DNA from: Geosiphon pyriformis uo1
Taxonomy: Eukaryota > Fungi > Glomeromycota
DNA length: 64,000 nt
Assembly: GCA_016748015.1 (NCBI GenBank)
Contig: JAAOMT010000039.1
Location: 22,426-86,425 of the forward strand
Direction of reading: 5' to 3'
Shown here: positions 26,450 to 40,125 of the stretch, piece by piece
Layout: each line of letters begins with the position of its first letter
How positions within the stretch are numbered: position 1 is the stretch's first letter
Position numbers and translations under genes: made by a program
Notes under the pieces: model-generated
Told to the model about the DNA's origin: nothing
Seen by the model: the letters and a program-made list of their open reading frames with translations, nothing else
The model's database searches: none

Positions 26450-28519
26450 TGATCAAAATTGCTGGTGGTTAAAGTCAACTATTAATATCTACAAAATATC
26501 TGTCACTGCTATCCTTCATGAATTTAGAACTTGTGCTAATCCTTTCAATTTTTAATCGACTAACATCCAAGGCATCTTATACCAACAATTACCCATTTTG
26601 GGTGTCTCGTTGTACTACTCTTGTCATGAGGCGGTGGTAAGTAGATTAAGTCTTTCTTGTTAATAGGCTTGTCTTGCTCTTTCGTAAATTTCTTTGAGAT
26701 TTGATATGATAACCAAATTCAAGGTATTTCATGCGGGGTTATCTAAAAAATTTAACGCATATTTTTACCTGATCAAACGTGGCTTTCGCATGAAATTTTA
26801 GATTTTACCAGACATGGCTATGCTTAAACATTGTTATTAAGCCATGTTGGCAATTTTCAAGAGTACAAAATTCTAAGCCTCATTTTTGGTAAGATATTTA
26901 AAACCAACTGGATTGAGCAGACCAACTCAGTGAGATTATTGGAATCAGGATTTTGAGGTGGAAGATCATATAACATATGAATGAGATTTCAAAACTTGCC
27001 TTGCTATTCTAAATTGGATTCCAGTGTAAGGAGTGGCCGTGACAGATATATGCCTATCCAGTATCATTAATGAGAGTCACAGTATCAACTCTTGATTACT
27101 TACAGTAATTTTCTAATGTAGAAATCTATGAACTTTGGAGATTTATTAATCCTTAATTTCTCTTATGAACGTTCAATTAGGCAAATGGTTCCTTATAATA
27201 GAAAAAATAATGGGATTTTCATAATGTTATGTGTATTTTATTTTGATAGCTTAGTGTTTCTCGAAAACAGAAAAGTCGAAAAAGTCATGACCAAATCTCA
27301 TACTTTAAGCCCAATTCATTGAAGCCACATTTTAAACAGGGTAAATTTAGGGTTATAATAAAGGAGAAAATACGGGAGGTTCGTGACCCATCTCATTCAA
27401 ACTGAATTTTATGGGCTTTAAATATTTTTGATGAACATATTTTTTGTAGGATCCTGAAGGAAACGTAATGTAAATATATGCTTATAACCAAATGCTTGTC
27501 TAAATTATTGTGTTTTAATTGTAGGTATATGAAGCCAAATTCTGGACAAATTTTTAGTTCTCAATAATTTTTCCAGAGAGATTTTTTCTTGTAAGATTAA
27601 TTATAAATGATTTTGGACTAATAAAAAACTTAATTGGAATATTAGAATTTTTATAATTTATTAGCATTATCATTGCTATTTGAGTTATTGAGAAGTTCAA
27701 AATAGATATAAACGGATATTTTGTTGAGAGCATATTATTTTTTATTGAAAGGAGGCGTGCGTGTAAATGAGATTAATGTCAATTAAAAATACCTGGTATT
27801 TTCCAGAGATTCAGAATCATCAAAGTGTACCGAGTTATGAATATTTGGTAAGAAAAAATTTGATCACAAAATTTAAAAAATTTCGAAATTTGTATTATAA
27901 TCTACATTCCAATTTTTATTTACTTTCAATTGTCATTCGTTTTCTCCTTATTATTATTATTATTATTACATTATAGTATAACTTTATTTGGTATTTTTTG
28001 GGATATAAACTTTCATTAAATTTGTTTACAAATAACTTTATTCTCACACGCACATATTAAAGTAACAAGAAAATACATTTGTCTAAGGTAAAATAATTAT
28101 TCAATCATTAGTGTAACAAATTGGAAAATTTTAGCTTCCAAAATAAAAGATTTGATTTTTTGTTAATCTTTTATGTTAATTATTGGGGTCAATGGAAAAA
28201 AGTGAAAACTGAAATTTTCAGATACCAGATCATATAAATATTTGTTACGTTTATATAATATAAATGTTTTTTTTTTAAAAATAACATGATTTTCTTGTTT
28301 GCCTTGCATTTTTTAAAAATTTAAAAGGAAAGATTTCATCGTTTCAAAATTAATTTAGAATTTACAAAATTTATTTCTAAACATATTTTTATAACAATTT
28401 AGTCACCAGGATTAGAATGCTTTGGATGGCAAATTTTCAATCTATAAAGATTTTCCACGCTTGAAACTAGCAGTTTATTAAATTATTAGACTACAAAACA
28501 AAGACTTCAGCAGATTATC

Positions 28520-30179
28520 TTATAAGATAGTCCTATTTCTCACCAATCTGGGACTTTTCAAAGATCCTGGTACCACTTGAAAGACTTCATAATCATCCAC
28601 AAAGAAATTTACTCTTCCATTTGCAGCTTCCTCTAAAACAGGAAACTCATATGAGTTTGATTTTTTACAATGACATCCAAGTGTTGTTTGGAAATTATCG
28701 CTACACAAAGCCAAATCATGGCCTTTACCAAAAATTGGACCGTAGGAGGATGAATACGCAATTCCATCACCAGATTGGAATCTACTGATTTTAGCGTTTC
28801 TTGTTCTTCCGTCTCCCAAAGAAAAAATAAAACTTTCATCACCTTTGATCCATGGGTTACGTGGATCCCAGCTGACAGGGTTATAACCACCAATCATATT
28901 TCCAGATCCCTTGACTTTGATGACGATTATTGTGGCTCCTTTTTTATCGCACAGACGATGAAAATCAGCTGGCGTGAAGCCATCTCTACTGCCACGAAGT
29001 AAAAGTTTTAGCTCATATTGAGATGTGGCTCTCGGAGGTGTCATTTTATCATTTCCTTCGATCCAAGCACTTATTCTACGTATATGCTTTGCTTTCAATA
29101 GTGTGGAAACAGAATTAAATAAGGAAGGTAATAAAGAGATCCTTCCAACTGGCATTGTTTGAGTAGAGTTTCGTGTCGATGGTGGTATACTTTGAGATGG
29201 AGGAAATGAAGGTGAGGGCGAAATTCGATTTATTATCACAGAATTTCGGATAGAGTTTCCATCAACCAAAAAGTGACGCAGCAATTGTTCATATAAAGCC
29301 GCTGGCAATATCCTTGCATATGGTTTGACTTTGAAATAAAACTCATCAGAATCCATATTAAAAAATCGAATCAACGGAATCAACTGTTTTAATGTCATTT
29401 GCAAATCACTAAAGTCTTTTTGAGACCACGTTTTAACATTTTCTTTGATCGAGGGATTCTGAGCAATACCCCATCGTAGTATATTTTCCCAAATATCGAC
29501 TTCATCAACATCCAAGTCATCTCTCTTTAGCATTTCTAATAAGGACGTTTCTTGGAATGATATGAAGTCATCAGATTTAAACAAGATGGTTGGAAAACCT
29601 GTTAACAAATCTTTACAATAGTCTTGAAGTTTAGTGAAGGATGCAAAGAGGTAGGCGGTTTGATGAACGGCGATAAAATTTTGTTGAAGTGATTTTGAAT
29701 AGTTTTCAATTAAATGATCTTGAATATAGTCGATAATTTCTTCAAGAAAAAATTCATCTGCTGCCACTAGTATGTTAAAAACTGTGATTAAATCAAGCCC
29801 CTCCAAGGAGATATTGCCACTATACAGATATCTAAATAAAAAAATAGATCGTAAGTAGAGTTTAAAAATGATGAGATATAAAAATGAAATTTATAAAGAA
29901 TTCTAAATAATTAATATACTTTAAAATAATTTCAAAAGTTTTGGGTGCCATATTTGGCTTCTTTATAATATACAAATTATTCTCACGTTTCACCCAATCA
30001 TTCTTTAATGCAGCCGCAAAATAAGGTGATCTAGCAACCAGCACAGCCAAATGAGCTTGAAACGTTTTCTTGTTCTGTTCCTCGCCAACAGTAATAATTG
30101 CATCATAGAAAACGTTACTTTCTAACAACGAAGTCAAATCTTGAGATAAATTAGCGAAAAAATTTTGATTTGGTGCCAT
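28520..30179 (-). CDS. Divergent BTB/POZ-BACK-TLDc protein (copy E, 523 aa) with Ser/Pro-rich linker
   Basis: Exons 30179-29920 and 29831-28520. The intron has the same position and phase as in the other copies (EIILK/YLYSG). All three domains are intact. Confidence 0.92.
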
Positions 30180-31749
30180 TATTTATCAATATTTCGTTAT
30201 TGATATTTGCAGTTTTAGGGATTGAGTATTTCAATTTTCAAATAGTTGTGGAGTCTAGCTTCGAAGTATGTGTGAAATCAAGAAGATGGAAGGGCTTGTT
30301 TTGATTTTCAATTTTTTTTTGAAACATATTTGATTTATATAACTTTCGGCGATATAGTTTTTTATTTGCTTTAGGTAAAAAAAATATTATACTGTTTGGC
30401 TCTCTTCCTATCATTAAGTTGTGCAAATGACTATTTGGTTATAATGAATCGTTATCACACACTTAAAGATTGTACTACATTGGTGAAATGAAATTTAATA
30501 TCATCTCGGGAAGCTCGCATTTGAATATTCTAAATGTAAATATTTTCAATTTTGCGAATTTTGAGCACTTCTAAAATTCTTTTCATGTGTGTTAAGTTCC
30601 TTTTATAGAATAAAATTTTTTTAATGCCAAAGCTTATAATTCTCACAGTATATATACAAATACAAATAAACTGAAATTAAAGAAAATTCAAATATCTTTA
30701 AATTTCAGTTCAGAGATGAGATTTTAAAAAAGTATTTCAAAGTGCAAATTGTTTCATTAATTTTTTTTCTAAACTTGAAGATTTTATCTGACCGTTGGCA
30801 TGATAAATTATGTAGTCTTTACCGAATATATTCTAAAAGAAAAGTTTTTCCATCATTTAAAAATGTCGGGTCTTTGCAAGCCGCAAATTTAATTTCACTT
30901 AATAGTCTAAACCATTCTTGAATCATTTCTTGTTTAATTTCCAATTTAAGAATTATTTGATTTGTGAAAAATTTGTTTCTTGATGAATTTTAATCAAGCT
31001 GAAACTGTTTGCTATAATCAGTTTTGGTTTTGTTTCCGAAATGTTTCGAAAACAATGTTCCACATGGTTCTAGATAGGAATTACATTTTTCACACACCCT
31101 GATTGCCATGGGGTTTAACAAAGATGATCTACAGTCAAACTTATGTTTTCGAAATTTTTACGTAAGAGTAAATTTATGAGTATGGAAATTTTTTTATTTC
31201 AAGTTGAAATTCCTATATTCATTTTTTTACTTTCCCAGTATTAAGTATATGACGTTCAGAAAATTATTATATATATGCGGCAAAGAGTTGTACCAAGTCA
31301 GTTAAATTTTTATCCCCTTGAATGAATTGTTGTATTGCTAAGAATCTGACTGATAAGTCTAGAAGATTCTTATAGATGATTAACTTTTGTGTATGAATGC
31401 AGGCACTATTTTATATCGAGCATTTAGAAATTAAATTTTATCGAATTCCAAGATTTTAATAAAAAAGAACTTAATACAGTAGTTAAAGAACATCGGGATA
31501 CTCATGGTAGACACTTATATTGGTATGGATCTTCCAACGAAATATTATATCTCAATGTTTACAACCTTGAAACTCTCGCAATAATAACCTTAATGTGAAC
31601 TTGAACATTAAAAAGTTTTTTCAATGAAAAGGAACTTTGTATTCTCTAAAAATTGCTAAAAAATTTATCTTTATATATCTTAAAATTTATATTTCAAATT
31701 TCAAGAAGCGTGTAACAATGATTAAATGTAAATGTGCATTTAAAAGTCA

Positions 31750-32110
31750 CAAACACTTATTGTTATCAAAGTAAAGGAGGTCGACTGATTGACAGCTAGT
31801 ACACAAGAACCTTGGCATTCTCGGGGTGATTGGATAGAGAGAAAAAGAATTTTTATTTTTCCCTTGGAGATAGAAAGCTGAATGTGATAAACTTGAAAAT
31901 TTTTGTTAGCGGATATGGACTATATGGTTACTCTAATTTGGCTCGTATAGTATTATAATAAAAGATGATAATTTTTAAAATAGCCTAGATGCTCTTGTCG
32001 AAAGGATAAATTTTACAAACATTTTATAATGACTGGTTTAGAAAATTAAATAGTAGACTTCTTTGTGGAGGAGTATAAAGTATTTCAAATAATTAAAATA
32101 AAAAACTTAG
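31750..32110 (+). pseudogene. TLDc-domain fragment of a BTB-TLDc copy
   Basis: Decayed IVIKVK...WHSRGDW...VDFFVEEYKVFQIIK. Its 3' flank (32110-32360) matches the 3' flank of copy A (7180-7416, reverse complement). Confidence 0.75.
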
Positions 32111-32639
32111 TTTCACATAATTCAATCAGCTATGTTTTTAGTTTGTTTCAAATAGCGCCCCTAATTTGGAAATTTGTACTAAGAGTCTTCTATAGTTTAT
32201 TACTCTAAGCATAATAAAAGGACTAAATTGGATATGTAATTTTATTTCATTTATTTTAATAGTTAGCAAGTTCTGAGAGAATTTTATTCTATGAAGTTAT
32301 TTTTGAAGAATATTTTCTTAAAATTGTAGAAAAAAAAGGATTGCTTACATAAAAGTATTTTTTTGGTTCTTAGACATATTTATAAAATTTTATATAAGTT
32401 TTTTACATTAAATCGGTAAAAGTTCAAACCAATGTAAGCTTTATAAGGGAGACCTCTGGAAATAATTCACAATTCAAATTTCAATTTATTAATTACTATT
32501 AATAATTGTGAAATATGATACAATTTGGACAATTTTCAAACAATTAGTTTGGATAATTCCAAACTCAACTATTTAATAATTCAAAGAACAATTGAATTAC
32601 AGCCAATAAAATCTTTTCACCATTATAAATAATTTCAAA

Positions 32640-32777
32640 ATGGCTTTAACTTACAAGCTTTGTATCACAATTTCGGGTATTTTTTGAACACTCAGAATTT
32701 CTTTAATGTTAGGATTATGGTTGGCATCTAATACCAAAAATTTTCGTGCTCATTCGCAAATTTTAGCAGCAAGATCG
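32640..32777 (+). pseudogene. BTB exon-1 fragment
   Basis: ATG followed by decayed ...VRIMVG...NTKNFRAHSQILAARS. Confidence 0.65.
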
Positions 32778-33427
32778 CAAAAGAAGCTCGAGATATTTAA
32801 TTTTAACAAAAAATAACTAGAAATATAATTTTTTATTTAGAAAGTAGAAAGTAGAAAATACATTCTTTTTTTTGAATTGTTTCAAATATTTTTAGTAAAT
32901 ATTGAAATATTAGAGCTTTAAAAAAAATCTATTGTATTAAATTAAAATTTAATTAAACGTTATATTATTTTTTAAAATCGATAATTTATAAATTTCTTTA
33001 TGTTAAATTTGCAAAAAATGAAGTAAAAGGGATGTTAAAATTTAGCTTTTCAAATTTTAAGCAGTTGAACTAGTCTAATAAAATTTTTTAAAATAATTTA
33101 GGTCACGTTAGAGCTTTAACAAGTTAGAAAATTTTATTAGATAACACAGCTACCAATTTTTTAGGTAAATCGGATTCTTGTCTGCATTTTATATACACCC
33201 CTACAATAAATATCTATAACCAGTCACGTATTATGTGTCAGCAAGAAAATGAGTTAACTACTATAATGATGAATTCAGATCAGAACAGATAAAAGATTCC
33301 GCCATAAATTCCACTACTAGTGACTCACAGATCTTTTCACAAGGTAAACATAAACAAGTGGGCGCAACGTAACTAGCTTTAAGCTGCTGAATTATAAAAA
33401 CCTAAGAATTTTGCTTCTTAGATATTC

Positions 33428-34924
33428 ATGGCGTCTCAACAACTCTCCCACGCTTTATCTCACGATTTAACGAGCTTATTGAATAATGAAATATTCTCTG
33501 ATGTTAAGATTATCGTTGGTGATGGTCTTAATAATAAAACTTTTCACGGTCATTCGCCGATTTTAGCAGCAAGATCCTCTTATTTTGATGTAGCACTCTC
33601 TAATAATTGGGTTAAAAGAGAAAATAAAACCATTATCTTCTCTAAGCCTAATATTTCACCACAAATGTTTGAGGTGATACTTCGGTAAGTTTAGTTTGCT
33701 TAAAATATACTTGCTAATATTTTATTCATACATTTTATTATTGTTTTATCTAGATATTTGTATAGTGGTGAAATATCTCTTAAGGAATACGGAGTACCTA
33801 AAATATTAGAATTGCTTATTATCGCTGATGAGCTCATTTTGGAAAATCTAATTAACCACCTGGAAAGCTATCTAATTGAAAATCATGCCAAAGAGCTAGA
33901 AGAAAACTTTGCCTCTTTGTATGAAATATCATTTATGCATGATTCGTTCAAAAAGCTGCAAGAATTCTGCACACAAATAGCAGCTAAAAGTCCAGCTATA
34001 ATCTTCAGATCCCAAGATTTCACCTCCTTAAGTAAGAATTTTCTTTCCTCAATTTTGTCCCGCGATGACTTTATTATGGAAGAAATAGAAATATGGAAAA
34101 AGATTGTGGAATGCGGAGTTGCTAAATTGGGTAACAATATTAAGTTAGAAGAGATTCTTAACTGGACAGATGAGAATTTTAACGCCTTTAAGGAAATAAT
34201 TGAAGGATTTCTACCTTTAATCCGGTTCTTTCACATATCTTCTGTTGACTTCTATCACAAAGTAAAACCATTTGCGAGAATTTTACCCAGAACTTTATAT
34301 GAAGATCTTTTACATCATTATCTAGTACCGGATAGTCATCAAAAGTCTGTAGATGCTCAACCATTACGATCAAATGTTGATTCAAAGCTTCTTCAGTTGC
34401 ATAATGTGAGGCAGCTTGACCACTGGATCCAGGGCAAAGATAAAAATACTCCTTTTCAAAGCCAACTTGGAAATAACTTTAATTTGTTACTTCGAGGCAG
34501 TCGAGACGGATTTACCCCATACGATTTTCATCGATTATGTGATTACAAAGGATCCACAATTAGTGTTATCAAAGTGAAAGTAACTGGTCAACTGATTGGC
34601 GGGTATAACCCACAATCTTGGTCTTCTCGTGGAAAATGGTTAAATGGAAAGGGAAGTTTTATTTTTTCCCTTGGAGATGGCAAAGTTGAAAATGCTAAAC
34701 TTAGCAAATCTGTTAAAGAAAACGGACCTTTTGATAGCTCAATCCGTGGACCCGAATTTGGCATGTATAGTATTGTAATGAAAAGTAAAGATTTTCAAAA
34801 TAACCCTGGATGCAATTGTAGAAAGGATTCATCATATGAGTACGCGATAATGCCTGATTCAGAAAATAAACAAGTAGACTTCTTTGTCGAGGAGTATGAA
34901 GTTTTTCAAATAAGAAAACTTTAA
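33428..34924 (+). CDS. BTB/POZ-BACK-TLDc protein (copy F, 475 aa)
   Basis: Exons 33428-33684 and 33754-34924 with a GT-AG intron (EVILR/YLYSG); domains intact. Confidence 0.92.
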
Positions 34925-37900
34925 ACTTAGTTTATACAATCAGTCAATTGAATCTTTATATTTCTAAAGTTTATAACAAATGGGACCCCCTTCATTGGAT
35001 ATTTACACCAAAAGAGTCTTCAATAGCCTATTGCTCCAATCTCTACAATAAAGACACAGAATTAGATATGAAATATTATTTCGTATCCTGAATAGGTGTT
35101 ACTTTATGCAGTCTATTTTTTTAAAAAAATTTTAGAGATTATAACTATTCCTCTTTAAAACTTTTTCTTATAGAGTTTACCTTTTGAAAGTCAGTCATTT
35201 AGGTATTTTATCACAAGCTAAAAGCATAAAACGCTTAAAAAAAATTTTGTCGTTATTCAATTAGCTAAATAGCCTTAGAAAAGTCAGTTTTACACATTTG
35301 CGCTTGCTTATAGTTCTCTACTATTTAAAAGCGTAATTTTAGATTGAATAAAAATAAGTGGCGGCGACATTTAGTAATTTCTGGGAAATGGCGATGGAAA
35401 AGAATAAATATTAAAAAGAAAACTTAAAACATAGAATCAAAAGACTTGACGTATAGGATTTCAATTATCTTAACTATGTATTTTTTATAGCTGCATAATT
35501 ATTCTAGTAAGTCAATCGAGAACCGTGATTAAAAGCTTAATAGGCAATTCTGCTAAATCAAAATTTATTAAAGATTTTATTAAAATCTTTGCAATAAAAA
35601 AAGGTTCTTCTTTACAATTGTTTTTATTAACTAAAAGTATAATAAGTTTATTGAACAATTATTCTAGAATAATCTTTTAAATTCTTTACTTGTTAAATTC
35701 CGATGAAATATTAAATATTACAAGAATCTTGAAAGTTTATACCAATTTTAAGATTAAACTAAGATTCAATTCAGGTGTATATAAAATAAATGTATTGTCA
35801 GTTTAACATTTTAAACCAAAAATATATTCAATAATGATTATAATAAAGCATTCAAACAAGCAAAAAACGGTTCAAAAATTTTTATTCAATTAATAAACGA
35901 AAAATTAGTTCAATATTCCAAATAAGCAAATGGGGTAAAAATTAAATTACGGAAAAAGGTATATGATAGGAAAACCAAGGGAAACTCGTTGAAATTGAAC
36001 GTTTTAAAAGTTTATTCGGTCATTTATAGTTTTCAAAATGAGGGAATATATTAACTGTTAATAAAGAAATACAAAAGTCACATCGCAAAACTTTCAATGA
36101 GTTAATAATTTTTATGATGAAACCTCAAGCCTTTGTGATTCAAAAACATCTCTTTAATGATAGAACACTTAAAAAATATATCGTTTGAACAATAAATTAT
36201 TTAAAAAAATTGTTACTTAAGAATCGATCATTTTTTTTAGGTTGATATTTCTTACAACGTTCGATTTCCAGTATCACTCCTTTCTTTAAGCTCAACTCAT
36301 CAAACAATTTAATGAAGGCTTATAATGATATATTCAGCTATTTTTTTATATAATTTCAATCGTTTATTCAGAATATAAATTAATATTAATTGTTTGAAAC
36401 AGTTTGAATATCACTTTTAGATTTTTCCTAAATTCTTTACTTCATTTTATAAAGTTTTATGTTTTATTGACTTTTGATAAAACTAAATATTAGTGTATAA
36501 GTAATATATAAAAATAAGATAATGAAATTAAATAAAAAATTAAAAAGATTTTCTCTTGTTTACTTTATTTATTCATAAAAATCCTTTATATTCAATATCG
36601 TTTCGCTGCCTTTTTTTGATCAATGTTATTTAAATATTTTTAATTACCATAAATTAAAGAAAATTAATTTTTAATATTTCAACTTTGTTATATCAATGAT
36701 TTAGAGGGTTTAATATCTTTATTCAAAATTTTTAAATGATACATTTGCTGTAAAGAATTTTCAGTCGCAATTTAAATTTAAACTCAAATGTAAGTTAAAA
36801 AGAAATGTAAGTGTTTGAAAAGAAAAACCAAAGTTAATAAGGCAAATACAATTAACAAATTTTTTTCATATTAACGAATAATATGTACTTAATGATGAAA
36901 GAATATGTTTATAATTCAGAGTTATACAATATAGTGTTTATATGATTTTTAAGTTTAGATATAACAAAATATTCATTAATAATTTTTAAATTTAACAAGT
37001 TTCATTATATTTAGTAAATAATCATTGTAAAAAGCATTGTTCCTTTTAAAGTTCTAATTTGGATGATTAAACTTGAGTAATAAAAAGGAAAGAGGTTACT
37101 GATTGATCCAAAAATAGTAGACCATTTTTTAAAATATTGAGAGATTATTTAAAGAAAAAAAGGAATTATATTTATAAATTCTAACTTCAAATGAAAAATA
37201 AGTGAAATGGAAAATATCATAATTTAAAGATTAATTCAAGTTTCGGAAAAGTGGAATTATCCTAAAAAATTAAGAAGAAAAGCTTGAAATCTTTGCAAAA
37301 TTATATTTTTTGCTTTAAAAAAGAATAGTAATTATTTTAAATTGAAAATTTTCATTAAAAAAGATGCAACTAAAATCATCGATACTAAAATCAAGTTTAT
37401 GCTTGTATCTTTACACATATAAAATTTTTATTTTTTCTGTCTTTTGTTATCATCACGATGATGAGTATTTTAAATAATGTCTATTTAAAAGTATGATTAT
37501 TTAAATTTCAAAAATTTATCTTATAACCAGAAAAGCAGTATAAATCTTAGTTTATTTTTCAAAATTACAAAATTTTAATGTTCTGTTTATATATCACTGA
37601 AAATTTGAAAATATTAGATATCTTTTAAAAATTAATTTCTCCTAATCTAAAAGCAAAATGGTATGCAAGATATAGTAATACCAATGCAAATCTTTAAAAT
37701 ATTAAGAGCCTAAAAATAAATCTTTTATACTGAAAAGAATAGTGATATTTCACTAAAGGTTTTATTAAATAAAAAACTATATATCTTAAATAATGTCGAG
37801 TAAAAGCTATTAATGAGCATTTTTTATATTGGATCCTAAATATATATTTGGGGATTTTTAATTAAAGTCATTTTCAATACAAGGAACCAAAATTATTTTA

Positions 37901-38270
37901 ATGTTTTTTCTATACAAATAGTATTTAAAAATACGAATTTCACATAAGAAATTTTAAAATTTTCATGCAAAAGAATTTTTTATTTTTCTTAATTTTTAAA
38001 GTTTCCTTCATTATTTCCTTGATTTATCATTTATAAGGATAGATTTTAAAAAAGACCATAATATTTAACCATTATATATTAAGATTATTAATTTATATGA
38101 AGAAATTAGACATAGTATTCTCTAGATATTAATCGTCTTTTTTTTGTCATATATTTGATTTAGCCAATGGCACATCCTGCAACGTGAATTGATTTACATG
38201 CAAGTATATGGATGATGAATGTAAAGTTATAAATTTTTATAAAATATAAATAAAAAAGCTTATTAACATA

Positions 38271-38596
38271 GAGTCTGGGACAAAAAAAATGGAAATTATT
38301 ATTTTTTAAAGATAAAAAATTTAATTATAAAATATATTACAAGTATTTTTTCAATTTTATATATATAAATAATTATTAAAAAATGGAATTTTTTTTTAGA
38401 AAAAGTTATAAGTAAAAAAGTCATCATATTATTTTTATTAATTGTATAATCAATAATTATTAGACTTTAATAAAAATATAATTGTATATTATTAAGAAGC
38501 TTATAAATAAGTTTACTTAATAATATTTATTAAAATAATTTGGAATATTTTTTTAAAAAATTCTATTTAGATTTCCATTTTTTTTGTCCCAGACTG
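38271..38596. mobile_element. Tc1-type MITE (326 bp)
   Basis: TIRs of about 26 bp, (G/C)AGTCTGGGACAAAAAAAATGGAAAT, flanked by TA on both sides; AT-rich non-coding interior. Confidence 0.8.
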
Positions 38597-40125
38597 TAAT
38601 AGCTTAGCCAATCAAATAATGCAAATCGTACAATACATTTTATTTTGAAAAACTAGCAATTTCGTTTAATTAATAAAAATTCATAATTTTAAAAAAACTC
38701 AAAATGATTAATTTGTTGCAAAAAGCATTATGATATTAGAAAAATCAAAAAAAATAAAGAAATAAATAGTACTCTTTTTTAATTATTTTACCAAAATTTC
38801 CAAAAACTTTAAAAGTTCTTATCAAGCAGAATTTAAATAATATTTATGATTATAATAAAACAGCTTTTTAATGAAAATTAAAATCATATAAGTTTTTTAT
38901 AATATTTTATTGTTGATACAAAAAAAAAACAGAGTTATAATTCTTTTGTATTATAAAGTTACAAAAATTTTAAAAATTACTTTCTTTTTTATTTACAATA
39001 CAATGTTTTAATATATATATATATATAGCTACTTCTCTGTATATTGTTATTCAAATAATACTACATGGATGCAATCAAAAATTTTTTACATTTATTACAA
39101 AAATTTAAAATTTAAATACAAAATTCTACCAAACTATTTTATTATTGTTGAGTAATATATATTCGAAAAAAAAACCCAATTATGTAATCCTAAATTTAAT
39201 TAATTATTTGTAAATTAATTATTTGGCACAAATAATAAAAATATTGTAAGTAAAATATTAAAATGGCTAATAATGTGTAAAAAGTACGTAAATTGTTTTT
39301 AATATAAAACATATAAGTATTGAATATATTTAAATAGTGATTGGATCGCACCATATGCAATGAAAAAAAGTAATAATAACTTTTTTTGTATTGGTAAATT
39401 TGATAATAATAGTATAAATTTATTATCAAATTTATAAAAATCTAATAAAAAATATACTATTATATTATTAATAACTTCCAATTAATGAATTTCTATTTGC
39501 TAAAAATATTGTAAAATTGATTTTATTTTACAAATTAGAATTTTACTATTTAATAAAAAATTTATTGAAACTGTTGATAATGTAAAATATTTTAAAAATT
39601 TTACAAATTGAAAATATTGAAAATATTGTAACCATTCTTATTCATTGAAATTTAAATCAAAAATATAATTCACCAATATCCATATTATAAAAAATGAAAC
39701 AATAATTTTAACTCATATTATGATTTTTAAGTTCAAAAATATGCAAAAAAATGTTTTTTTTATTAAAAACAATTTTTTAAATAAAATTATTTAAATTAAA
39801 TGTGTTATTTTTTTTCAATTTGCAATTATTGATTGTTTTAATTTTTTTTAACACATATTATTAATTTTTAAACCGTTTTTTTATAAAAACTTGATTATTA
39901 TTTTTAAAAAAATAATTTTAGATTTACTTTTTAAATATTCAACAAAAAAATTATTAAACCCAAAGTAAAATAATAATAATAATAATAATAATAATAGATG
40001 TTTTTAAAAAACAGTTAACATTATTTTAATTTATAATACTTAAAAAATATACTATAACTTATTAAATTTACATTAGCTATATATAATATTAACCAAGTTT
40101 GTGCTAAAGAATTGGTATTAAGCTA

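Noticed and set aside
23241-26555. Numerous short overlapping or antisense ORFs
   Set aside because: Shadows of the two real genes; the same applies to antisense ORFs over the BTB, F-box, VAP and TPR genes.
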